Program-made: the position numbers and the translations under genes
Notes under the pieces: generated by a model
What the model saw: the letters and a program-made list of their open reading frames with translations, nothing else
The model's database searches: none
What the model was told of the DNA's origin: nothing
Part shown: piece by piece, positions 9,179-17,493 of the stretch
How positions within the stretch are numbered: position 1 is the stretch's first letter
How the letters are laid out: each line of letters starts with the position of its first letter
From: a virus
Taxonomy: Duplodnaviria; Caudoviricetes
IMG/VR virus record: IMGVR_UViG_3300045979_000074
Span: 1-25,231 of that record
Strand: one strand, 5' to 3'
DNA: 25,231 nucleotides

Positions 9179-11626
9179 TCACTCCATTCTCTTTTGAACA
9201 GGCGGGCGTGTATCAAAAGCATGGAAGAGTTCTTCAAAGACTGGATGCACTTGTACCACACCAACGCGACCATACAAGTCCTGCATCAAACATTGCCCAT
9301 TTTCCAAATCTCGCAGACGCTTTTGATTGCTTTCATCTTCTTGATCAAGACCAAAGAATTCGAGTGTCTTCTTGATTTCATGAATATCTGTGCTTCGAAA
9401 GGCAAATTTCAGCCCAATGTTGTTTTTCAGACGTTCATCTAATAAATCATCACTATTTTGAGTGACAAAGTAAACGCCGGCATTCATAGCACGGCCAGCA
9501 CGAACTAGTTTATTCGAAAGAGTTTTTCCTTGTGCGACTTGAAGGAAGCTCCAGGCTTCATCCAAATCCACGATTTTGAAAATTTCTCGATTGCTATGAA
9601 TAAAATCCAAGGCAAATGTGGAGATAACAATCAACATGGAAACACTAAGCAATTCCATCGTAGTGTACTCTTCAAATGTAGTCTCCGCATCCGGCAAAAC
9701 CAAATCTGCCACCTGAATGATATTCAATTGTTTCTCTAAACTAATCGATTGTGTAATTGAACCATCTGAAAAAAGTAAATGCGCAAAATCATAATCGGTA
9801 AACGATTCAATATGATCAGCAATATTTTCCGCAACTGGTGTCCCATCATTTCGAAGCTCGGTAATGACTTGTAACAACCCACGTTGATTGCTTTGGGTAA
9901 CGGTTCGAATAGCTTTTCGTAAAACGGGAAATTTCTCTCCATCCCGACTAGAAATTCCAGTTAGAAAAGTCAGAATATCAATTGCTAGACTTTCAGAATC
10001 CTTCTTTTTCTTCATGATCACATAGGGATCAAGTAACCCTTGATTTTCTGGTTTACTGGTTAGGTTGAGGATATTAATTTCACTCGCAATTTCTGGTAAG
10101 GTTTCTTTCCAGCTACCACGCTCTCCTTTGGGATCAACAATCACCGCTTGACCGCCAAACAGGACAGCATAGTAAACTAAAAGATTATTACTAAAGGATT
10201 TCCCACCACCAAGTGAACCAAGAAAAGCGGCGGCCAGTGCATTGGTGACGGAACCTTTGACCCCTTGTGAAGCCAATGCCGGTTTAAGATAAACATTGCG
10301 TCCAGTATCCACATTGTAGCCAAAATAAATTCCCTCCAATTCTCCTAACATTTGGGTTGCCCCAAAGCCAAGCCCAGCAAGAAAATCAGAAGTAACATAT
10401 TGGATATAGTCATTCATGTATCGCTTGCTAGCTGGCAAAAACTCTTCATGAAGTCCCATCATATCGCCAAAGGGACGAACCAATTTTACATTGGTATCAT
10501 CATAAAAATCTAAAACCTCATCACACCGACGTTTTAATTCATCCAATGATTCTGCACTCACTCGAACAACATAGCTTAATTTGTACATGGATTCTTTGGA
10601 TTGATCCAACGTTGTTTCTAGTTCATCCACGGAGTCCAACGCATCCAAGACATTGGAATTGGTTTCATTGTCGGACTGGTACGCATGGTTGTCTAAGTCT
10701 TTCAGTTCTTTTTTCTTATTGCGAACTGTCGCCAGTGCCTTTTTATTCGTCACGATTTCTACATTCATACTCGTGTCGATTGGGAAAGTGAATTGTTGTT
10801 GCTGGTAATAAAAGAGTTCAGAAGATGGAAACTCCATCTCACCGACAATCGTATTAATCGTTAGATAGGCCACATAAGATTCATGATTTTCATGTTCCAT
10901 GTGTAAGTACCGAGGCTTCTCTTCAATCAAACAGCGACTTGGGCGAAGTAGGTCATAGCGCTTTATCAATGTTTCAGATTTTAGTTTTTTCTTAGACAAC
11001 TGAAATTCATATTCTTCAAATGGTGTTCCTTTTTCTCCATAAATGTGTTCAATCAAATAAGTTAGATCACTAGGTGTTACTCGTCTTACTTTGAATCTAC
11101 GAGCCAATTTACTTTCCATCAATTTTTCAAGCTTAGTATACCGGCGAATTTCTTCATTGGATAACGAAACAAAATCACCCATCAAATGATGATTCACTCC
11201 ATAGACAAACTCTTGAAGTCCGGATAAAAAAGAGTTCTTGAGACTTTTCAGGTTTACTTCTTCGTCTGTGACAATCAGTTTGAAGCCAATAAAAAAGCGA
11301 TAGTCAATTTGACTATCGCCAATCATCGATACCAATGCATCCGTCTGTAAGTCGATTCTCTGTTTTGCGACTTCTTTCAAACGACCAGTTATCTCTTTTT
11401 TCGACCGTTCCTGCGTGGCACGAATGCTGCTTTCTGTCGCAATTTGTAACGCATGAATCTTACCTTCACGATTTTGCGCAATCAATTGGCGAAAGTTATC
11501 GTGGACTTGATACTTCTGTTCAAGTGATAAGAAGGAGTAATTGTAAGGGACTAGTTCGTAGTAAGCAAAGCACTCTCCCTCTTGGTTAAAAACAAGATTA
11601 TTTTCAATATATTTAATCGGGTACAT
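9179..11626 (-). CDS. VirB4-like conjugation ATPase, Tn916 Orf16 / ConE
   Basis: Walker A GSLGGGKS, VIVDPKGE, Walker B LDEAW, FVTQN; 815 aa. Confidence 0.94.
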   Translation of the reverse strand: MYPIKYIENNLVFNQEGECFAYYELVPYNYSFLSLEQKYQVHDNFRQLIAQNREGKIHALQIATESSIRATQERSKKEITGRLKEVAKQRIDLQTDALVSMIGDSQIDYRFFIGFKLIVTDEEVNLKSLKNSFLSGLQEFVYGVNHHLMGDFVSLSNEEIRRYTKLEKLMESKLARRFKVRRVTPSDLTYLIEHIYGEKGTPFEEYEFQLSKKKLKSETLIKRYDLLRPSRCLIEEKPRYLHMEHENHESYVAYLTINTIVGEMEFPSSELFYYQQQQFTFPIDTSMNVEIVTNKKALATVRNKKKELKDLDNHAYQSDNETNSNVLDALDSVDELETTLDQSKESMYKLSYVVRVSAESLDELKRRCDEVLDFYDDTNVKLVRPFGDMMGLHEEFLPASKRYMNDYIQYVTSDFLAGLGFGATQMLGELEGIYFGYNVDTGRNVYLKPALASQGVKGSVTNALAAAFLGSLGGGKSFSNNLLVYYAVLFGGQAVIVDPKGERGSWKETLPEIASEINILNLTSKPENQGLLDPYVIMKKKKDSESLAIDILTFLTGISSRDGEKFPVLRKAIRTVTQSNQRGLLQVITELRNDGTPVAENIADHIESFTDYDFAHLLFSDGSITQSISLEKQLNIIQVADLVLPDAETTFEEYTTMELLSVSMLIVISTFALDFIHSNREIFKIVDLDEAWSFLQVAQGKTLSNKLVRAGRAMNAGVYFVTQNSDDLLDERLKNNIGLKFAFRSTDIHEIKKTLEFFGLDQEDESNQKRLRDLENGQCLMQDLYGRVGVVQVHPVFEELFHAFDTRPPVQKRME

Positions 11627-12002
11627 AATTCACACTCCTCACTAGGGTGATTGGTTCATCCCATCGTTTTTTCTGTTCTTTGACTTTCTTTCCTGCAAAA
11701 GTAACCTTAAATCGCAAGTGATAACTAATAAAGGATCGTAAAAACCCTAATGGCTTCTTTCCATCAAAGGTCTTTTGCGACATAAACCAAGTGACTGCCA
11801 CAGGTATGCCCAAGTATTTTAAAAATGCCCCCTCTATCATAGATAGTGGAGGCATATGAGCAAACACAATGACAAACAGCAAGGATAAGACAAACCAAGC
11901 CATTTGATTAAAGGTTACAGGAAAAGGCAGCTGAAAGTCATTGATTGCGTAAATGACTTTTTCAACTGCCCAGATACTGGTATAGCTTTTTATTTTTTTC
12001 AT
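11613..12002 (-). CDS. Conjugal transfer protein, Tn916 Orf17 / TcpE family
   Basis: MKKIKSYTSIWAVEKVIYAIND start, two TM helices, KTFDGKKP motif; overlaps the VirB4 start. Confidence 0.88.
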   Translation of the reverse strand: MKKIKSYTSIWAVEKVIYAINDFQLPFPVTFNQMAWFVLSLLFVIVFAHMPPLSMIEGAFLKYLGIPVAVTWFMSQKTFDGKKPLGFLRSFISYHLRFKVTFAGKKVKEQKKRWDEPITLVRSVNYVPD

Positions 12003-12016
12003 TAGTTTCACTTCCT

Positions 12017-12043
12017 AAAAAAGCGCCTGATAAAGACGACTCT
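12017..12043 (-). terminator. Weak terminator-like hairpin directly upstream of the orf17 RBS
   Basis: Minus strand GAGTCGTCT-TTATC-AGGCGCTT then TTTT. Confidence 0.4.
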
Positions 12044-12084
12044 GCATGAATATTAATTTTCTTTTTAAAAGTGTATTCCAACTT

Positions 12085-12789
12085 TCAATCTATCAACTGA
12101 GGTTTATCAGACCATAATCTGTGGATTTCTTGGTATCCAGCTGAAGTAATAAAAGTATATCTTTGTTGATATATTCTATCTTGAAAATCACTAAACCGTA
12201 TTTTTATTTCCCATTTACTCACTGAATCTTTAGGGATACTCATTACTTCGTTATTATATTTCATCCAATATAATTCAAATTCTGTTTTTTTCCCTACTCT
12301 TAGAATATCTGTATCAATAGGCGCTGAAACTCCTAACGCATCCAGACTATCATCAATATGTTTTTGAGCCGAAAGTAATGATAATAGATTTACTTCATGG
12401 TCGTTTGTGTTGATAGTTTCTTCTAAATACACAAAGTCAATTGAAAAAGCCATTCCCAGACCTTCATTAATAAGCTCAAATGGTAATTTAAAAACATCAT
12501 TTTCGTCAGACTTTACCATTTTACCAGCAAAACGGTGTTCAGATATTTTGGGTATAAGTTTTAAATAAGGGTAATAACTTAGACGGTCCTGCTCTTCATT
12601 TCTTTGTTTTTCATCAGCATATTGTTGCTTTGATAAATCAAGTGATTCCTCATGTTGTCTCTCTTGCTGTTTCATCGCTTTTTTATGTTGTTTATTTGTA
12701 AAAAAAAGTGTGATAAAACATACTGCAAATGAAGTTAGTACAGGGACAAATATGTCTATAAATGATTTAAGGTCAAAGTCAAAATTCAT
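12085..12789 (-). CDS. Hypothetical AT-rich membrane-anchored protein inserted between ardA and orf17
   Basis: Long ORF with GGAGG RBS, N-terminal TM helix, Gln/Glu-rich coil; start uncertain (12789-12810). Confidence 0.75.
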   Translation of the reverse strand: MNFDFDLKSFIDIFVPVLTSFAVCFITLFFTNKQHKKAMKQQERQHEESLDLSKQQYADEKQRNEEQDRLSYYPYLKLIPKISEHRFAGKMVKSDENDVFKLPFELINEGLGMAFSIDFVYLEETINTNDHEVNLLSLLSAQKHIDDSLDALGVSAPIDTDILRVGKKTEFELYWMKYNNEVMSIPKDSVSKWEIKIRFSDFQDRIYQQRYTFITSAGYQEIHRLWSDKPQLID

Positions 12790-12858
12790 AATAATCATAA
12801 CCTCCAGCATTATATATTTATCAATAATTATATCCCTAAACCTATATCATGAAAATGT

Positions 12859-13362
12859 TTATCCTATGAATTCAAATGTTCCTCTATTTGTCACAAGATA
12901 ATTTCCTTCTAGTTCCAAGTCACGTCCATATGCTTCATAGTCAATATAGTTTTGCAAGTGTGTAGGCACCTCTCCAAAAGCACCTGTTTCTTCAATCAAA
13001 TAATACGCCACATCACTCATATCGTTACAATCGGGATAACAGATAATATCATCCACATGCTCCACCATTTCCTCAAAAGAGTTGAAGAAAGCATGTTGGA
13101 TTTCCAAAGCAACTTCACCAATCGGTGTTCCTTCTAGTTCCTCTGCTAAACCACACAACCGATTGATTTCCTCAATTGGTGTATATTCATCAATCTCAAA
13201 AGGCAACTCATAATCATGGATCGCATACTCTTCGTATTCGTCATTTAAACCAATCCGTTCTTTCACTTCGTCAAAATCGACAGGTGGGCTAAACCAAGCC
13301 CCCACCAATTCACCTTCGTTATATTTTCCAAGGTTCGCAATATATACACGCATCTGCTCCAT
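12859..13362 (-). CDS. ardA: Antirestriction protein ArdA (Tn916 Orf18-like DNA mimic)
   Basis: VYIANLGKYNEGELVGAWF, EYAIHDYE and YIDYEAYGRDL motifs; highly acidic. Confidence 0.95.
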   Translation of the reverse strand: MEQMRVYIANLGKYNEGELVGAWFSPPVDFDEVKERIGLNDEYEEYAIHDYELPFEIDEYTPIEEINRLCGLAEELEGTPIGEVALEIQHAFFNSFEEMVEHVDDIICYPDCNDMSDVAYYLIEETGAFGEVPTHLQNYIDYEAYGRDLELEGNYLVTNRGTFEFIG

Positions 13363-13373
13363 AATGGTCCCCC

Positions 13374-13595
13374 TTACGCACCGACAATCCGATTAAACAA
13401 GTTGAGTAAGACATCTTTCACACCAGAAGCGTTGAAGACCAGTCCTACCGCAATCAGCGCAATCACCAAAAAACCAATCAGCTTGGAAAACTCACGTTTG
13501 AAGCCTAAAAATAAACCAATGACCACAATTGCCAATAAGACTAAAGATTGGGCATTGGTTAAAAACCATTGATATAAATTTTGTCCGAAATTCAT
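13374..13595 (-). CDS. Small conjugation membrane protein, Tn916 Orf19 / TcpD-like
   Basis: MNFGQNLYQWFLTNAQSLVL start and two TM helices; start reassigned to the ATG at 13595 after an AAGGAAAG RBS. Confidence 0.87.
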   Translation of the reverse strand: MNFGQNLYQWFLTNAQSLVLLAIVVIGLFLGFKREFSKLIGFLVIALIAVGLVFNASGVKDVLLNLFNRIVGA

Positions 13596-13690
13596 TTTAT
13601 CACTTTCCTTTCCATTACTCGATCTGCAGCCGCACTTGTATGAATTAAGCACATCACGGTAATACCAAGCATACTGCTTCCTCTTTTCAT
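13592..13690 (-). CDS. Unannotated 32-aa ORF (MKRGSSMLGITVMCLIHTSAAADRVMERKVIK), possibly DUF3789-like
   Basis: Its ATG overlaps the relaxase stop (ATGA) and its TGA overlaps the orf19 start (ATGA). Confidence 0.55.
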   Translation of the reverse strand: MKRGSSMLGITVMCLIHTSAAADRVMERKVIK

Positions 13691-14871
13691 ATAATCAAGT
13701 TTTCTATTGCCATACTTTGTTGTTCCAAAATCTTTTTATGCCGATCCGATAGCTGAGCATTCTGTACCATATCAAGAATATAAGTCGTCTGATTTAACCG
13801 ATCTAACTCCTTAGCCATCTTCCACGTAGGTGCTACCTGTCGACCTAGCCAGCTCAGTGTTCGCTCGATAGTATAAGGTTTGGGGTCAGAAGTCAGTTGA
13901 ATTTCCTTGCGATTTCGCCCGATAAAGCGACCCCATCGTTCATTTAGCGGCCAGTTTGTTCGCCGTTTCCCTTCAACTTTATCCGTGAACCGTAAGTAAC
14001 GGTTGATAATGGAAAATGTGGTACCCTCAATACTTCGACCTTTTAACAAGTCTTGTATTGCATGGTAGGCACGGTCATTTTTCAATCGAATTTCAAAGCG
14101 ATTCTTCGTTTCGCTCTTGTCTAACGGAATTCCCAATTTGATATATTGTTCATAGTCTTTTTCGTATAAACAAAAATAAACCTCACTCTTAAGGCTTCCG
14201 ATATACAAAGTATTTCCCATTCCATCCTTTTCATCAGCTTTCAAAAGTTCACCCGAGCGGTAACTCTTAAAAGTCCGGAATAAGGAGATACATTCTTCCT
14301 TCTGACATTTTTTCGTCAACTCAGGAATATCCAATAAGCCAACTCGATCATTGATTGCCAAATCCAAGCGTTTCATGACGCCTCCAGCTTTTAAGCAATC
14401 ATCGAAAAAGTCGTACCAGCTACGCTTTTGAGCGAGCAAAAAAGTTTCAAACTGCCGACAACCACGACCTTTTAATTCTAAAAGAACGCCTTTCTCTTCC
14501 TCATGAGAAAGCATCACCACAATATCACCCATGATGTATTGTTCTTGGTACGAATAAAAGGCATAGTCTTCATGAAGCATATAGTCAAATTTCAAATGCA
14601 AAATCTCTTGAACAATTTTTTGAACATCCGTTGTCGGAAAACGAATCCTTACATAATCAAACAGTAACGTCAAAGGCAAATCGGGATTGAAACTTTCCAG
14701 TTGGTCAAAAATTTTTCTCATAGTTTTTGTAGATGTAGTTACGCCACCATTTTCGATTTGATTCAAATAGGGGCGACTCAATCCACAAGCAGTAGCCAAT
14801 TTATTTTGAGAAACACCATATTGATTGCGCCGATCTTTTAGTAAACGATAATCTAAGTTCTGTTGTACCAA
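13687..14871 (-). CDS. MOBT relaxase (Rep_trans family; Tn916 Orf20 / NicK) with N-terminal XRE HTH
   Basis: N-terminal HTH, FDYVRIRFPT, LELKGRGCRQFE, RLDLAIND, TLYIGS, YEKDYEQ, NRFEIRL; GGAGG RBS and TTG start. Confidence 0.94.
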   Translation of the reverse strand: MVQQNLDYRLLKDRRNQYGVSQNKLATACGLSRPYLNQIENGGVTTSTKTMRKIFDQLESFNPDLPLTLLFDYVRIRFPTTDVQKIVQEILHLKFDYMLHEDYAFYSYQEQYIMGDIVVMLSHEEEKGVLLELKGRGCRQFETFLLAQKRSWYDFFDDCLKAGGVMKRLDLAINDRVGLLDIPELTKKCQKEECISLFRTFKSYRSGELLKADEKDGMGNTLYIGSLKSEVYFCLYEKDYEQYIKLGIPLDKSETKNRFEIRLKNDRAYHAIQDLLKGRSIEGTTFSIINRYLRFTDKVEGKRRTNWPLNERWGRFIGRNRKEIQLTSDPKPYTIERTLSWLGRQVAPTWKMAKELDRLNQTTYILDMVQNAQLSDRHKKILEQQSMAIENLII

Positions 14872-14888
14872 GTTTTCACCTCCAAATA

Positions 14889-14920
14889 AGGTGTTAACTT
14901 TTCAAAATGAGTTAACACCT
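14889..14920. promoter_or_regulatory. Perfect 11-bp inverted repeat upstream of the relaxase RBS
   Basis: AGGTGTTAACT-N10-AGTTAACACCT. Confidence 0.6.
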
Positions 14921-14992
14921 GTTCAAACAGCTAACTATCCTCGTCATGACAACCATTCTTAATCGCTGCTTGCTTGTTTTTTGTGTTTTTGT

Positions 14993-15016
14993 ACCCCCCT
15001 GTTAGATACGGGGGGT
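14993..15016 (-). other. oriT / nic hairpin of the Tn916-ICEBs1 family
   Basis: Minus strand ACCCCCCGTATCTAACAGGGGGGT, the conserved MOBT nick-site hairpin, upstream of the relaxase. Confidence 0.92.
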
Positions 15017-15128
15017 GAGACATCATGGCCGGCTAACGCCGTCCATGAACAGGCACAGCACCACGGAGGATTTCTGCTTCGCGAATCCTCCGCGGTCAGC
15101 GCCTAACAGTCAGTTGTGTTGGTTTAGG

Positions 15129-15419
15129 TTACTCATCTGTAATACCATTTACTTCCAACTCTGCTTTCATTTCTAACAAGTATTGACGAATATCCGGTTC
15201 TTTTGCTTGGTCCGCAATCCGCTCAAATTCTGCAATTACTTGGTTTATTTCAATTCGAGCATCCATCTCCTCATTCATTAAATATGGATCGCCAGCGACT
15301 TTGACACCATTCTTGCGAATATCAAAGTTTAACCGTCGCAATTGTTCTTCTAATTCTGGGTCTGACTGAATCTTTCCAATCACCCAATAAATTTCTCCAA
15401 CCAACTCATCATAAATCAC
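15129..15419 (-). CDS. Hypothetical acidic protein (96 aa) coupled to the methyltransferase
   Basis: AAGGAGG RBS, GTG start overlapping the end of the MTase C-terminal fragment. Confidence 0.75.
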   Translation of the reverse strand: MIYDELVGEIYWVIGKIQSDPELEEQLRRLNFDIRKNGVKVAGDPYLMNEEMDARIEINQVIAEFERIADQAKEPDIRQYLLEMKAELEVNGITDE

Positions 15420-16551
15420 ACTTTTGTACCTCCTTTAATCTTCTGGCAATATCAAAAATGACCGGAACTGTTACAGAGTTTCCGGCTTGCTTATACAACT
15501 GACTATCTGAATTGACTTGAGAAGCTCGATCAAAAGCCCAATCGGGAAAGCCCTGAAGTCGCCAACACTCTCTAGGTGTTAGCTTCCGAATTTGATACTG
15601 ATCCGTGACAATCGCTTGTTGGTCTCCTGTCAGTAAAGTATGAACACTCTGTTTTCCCAGACGACCTCGGCGACTTGTGGAATTAGGAAAAGCCAGGTTC
15701 ACACTGTCTCCTGGCTTCACCTCTTGATATTCTGTTTCATTTTTTCAAATCATGATTTTTGTACCACCTTGTTTCGTGGACAAGGTGGGGGCGGTTCCAG
15801 TAACTTCATAAACTCGATTACCTTGTTCAAACTTTCCCGGTAATAGTCCTGCTACAGAGATTCCATCCCTTGCTGGCAGTGCGATTTTGATTCCTTCATC
15901 ACCTGTTAAGGTTGGCGCTATGCCATCTGAACCATAGACTTGTCCACCCATTCCTCGATTGGAAGGATTGATATTTACCAAATTTCTGATGTTTTGATCA
16001 GATGTTGAAGACGGTCCAATGATAGGAAATACTTGTTCGGTACATGCGTCTCGAGAATGTCCGATAAGGAAGATACGCTCCCGGCTTTGGGGAATGTAGG
16101 CCTTTGAGTTAAGCACCTGCCACTCCACGTCATACCCCAATCCATCCAGCGTTCGGAGGATCGTCTCGAACGTAGCTCCTCCTTCGTGATTGAGCAATCC
16201 CCGGACGTTCTCAAGGAATAAAAACTTAGGTCGGAGAAGAGCGGCGAACCGAGCGATTTCAAAGAATAAAGTACCTCGAGTATCGGAAAATCCTTGTCGC
16301 TTTCCCGCAATTGAAAAAGCTTGACACGGAAATCCGCCGCAAAGGATGTCAACTGGTCCGAGGGATTGAATAAACTCATCTGATACACTTGTGATGTCAT
16401 GCATTTCCACCTCCTTACTTGTATCATGAATTGCTTTATAACTACGTCTAGCAAATTTATCAATTTCACAAAAACCGATACAATGATGGCTCGCCTGTTC
16501 CATACCTAAACGAAAGCCACCAATACCGGCGAATAAATCTAAAAATCTCAT
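15409..16551 (-). pseudogene. C5 cytosine DNA methyltransferase interrupted by one in-frame TGA (15745-15747); pseudogene or split enzyme
   Basis: Motifs FAGIGG, GGFPCQ, ENV and QSRERIF in 15745-16551; RKLTPRECWRLQGFPD and YKQAGNSV in 15409-15720; both parts are in the same frame with 8 sense codons between them. Confidence 0.85.
15975..16400 (-). CDS. Nested alternative-frame ORF (141 aa) inside the MTase gene, resembling the M.EcoHK31I beta polypeptide
   Basis: AAGGAGGTG SD (16408-16416) 7 nt before the ATG at 16400; RWMDWGMTWSGRCLT and SLSDILETHVPNKYFLS motifs. Confidence 0.75.
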   Translation of the reverse strand: MTSQVYQMSLFNPSDQLTSFAADFRVKLFQLRESDKDFPILEVLYSLKSLGSPLFSDLSFYSLRTSGDCSITKEELRSRRSSERWMDWGMTWSGRCLTQRPTFPKAGSVSSLSDILETHVPNKYFLSLDRLQHLIKTSEIW

Positions 16552-16570
16552 ACATTACCTCATTCATTGC

Positions 16571-16604
16571 AAAGAAAAAAGCCAAGAACATTTTGCTCTT
16601 GGCT
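16571..16604 (-). terminator. Intrinsic terminator between the zeta cassette and the MTase
   Basis: Minus strand AGCCAAGAGCA-AAA-TGTTCTTGGCT then TTTTTCTTT. Confidence 0.8.
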
Positions 16605-16626
16605 CATACATTATTAATTTGTCCTA

Positions 16627-16791
16627 CTATTTTTTATTTAATCCAACTAATTTCCGTTGTTTTTCATTGGCCTGATCGGCTACATATTTAATCACCGTTT
16701 TGAACTCTTTTGCAGTAGCATTTTCCGATAAATCCGCAATGCTCTTATTGTATTTCTTTACAATTTTCGTTACTTGTTCTTTATCAGTCAT
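16627..16791 (-). CDS. Unannotated 54-aa helical protein (MTDKEQVTKIVKKYNKSIADLSENATAKEFKTVIKYVADQANEKQRKLVGLNKK), candidate partner or antitoxin of the zeta-like protein
   Basis: GGAGG RBS inside the upstream gene, ATGACTGA overlap with its stop, ends in tandem TAG TAG. Confidence 0.75.
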   Translation of the reverse strand: MTDKEQVTKIVKKYNKSIADLSENATAKEFKTVIKYVADQANEKQRKLVGLNKK

Positions 16792-17458
16792 GTAATTGAA
16801 CCTCCAAATCTTTCCTACTATACCCTAGTGGTAAAAATAATTCTAGATTGTCCGCAGCATAATGAACTTCGGAAATATTATTCGTATAATCTTTTATTAT
16901 GATATGAAGCAATACATCTGGATGTTTACTCTTTACTTTTGCAATGTTCTCTCTTGATTTGAAAAAAGCGTTAATAAATGCCTTTTTCGGCACATGACGT
17001 CCCTCTGCAATTTCACGTTCTTGTGTAAATTTCCAAGCGATTTTAGGGTCTTGATAAACGTAGAAAATCGTCACTCGAAAATGTTTTTTCAACGCCCGCG
17101 AGATATTTTTTTCAGCACTTAATATTGCAAAAGTTGCATCCAGAATAAAAGAATAGCCATGATCTAAGACATATCTAAATGCCTGCTCTACCAACCAAGA
17201 AGATGCTTTTTGAAAGAGACTAGAGTTTTTTCCATTATAATCAGGAAACTGGGTGCGAAAGTAATCCGCATCAATAATCACATGGTTATCATAATTCTCA
17301 GCTAATCCAATGGCAACCTCTGATTTTCCAGCTCCAGGACTCCCTGCCATAAAAACTGCGTCTCGTCCAACTTCGGGGGATTTCCCTTTGATAATATAAG
17401 AAATAAACTTATCCTTATTTGCTTTTGCATACTCTAAATAAGAATCATTACTTTCCAT
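16784..17458 (-). CDS. Zeta-toxin family P-loop kinase
   Basis: FMAGSPGAGKSE Walker A, IIDADYFR, SFILDATF, REIAEGRHVP; 224 aa; AAAGGGG RBS. Confidence 0.82.
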   Translation of the reverse strand: MESNDSYLEYAKANKDKFISYIIKGKSPEVGRDAVFMAGSPGAGKSEVAIGLAENYDNHVIIDADYFRTQFPDYNGKNSSLFQKASSWLVEQAFRYVLDHGYSFILDATFAILSAEKNISRALKKHFRVTIFYVYQDPKIAWKFTQEREIAEGRHVPKKAFINAFFKSRENIAKVKSKHPDVLLHIIIKDYTNNISEVHYAADNLELFLPLGYSRKDLEVQLHD

Positions 17459-17493
17459 ATTAATTATCCCCTTTCTTCCTACTATATAAAAGT

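Noticed and set aside
5388-11589. Numerous short plus-strand ORFs antisense to conjugation genes
   Set aside because: No recognisable motifs; they are shadows of well-supported minus-strand genes
15129-17458. A complete restriction-modification system
   Set aside because: No neighbouring ORF shows a recognisable PD-(D/E)xK, HNH or GIY-YIG nuclease motif; the MTase looks orphan
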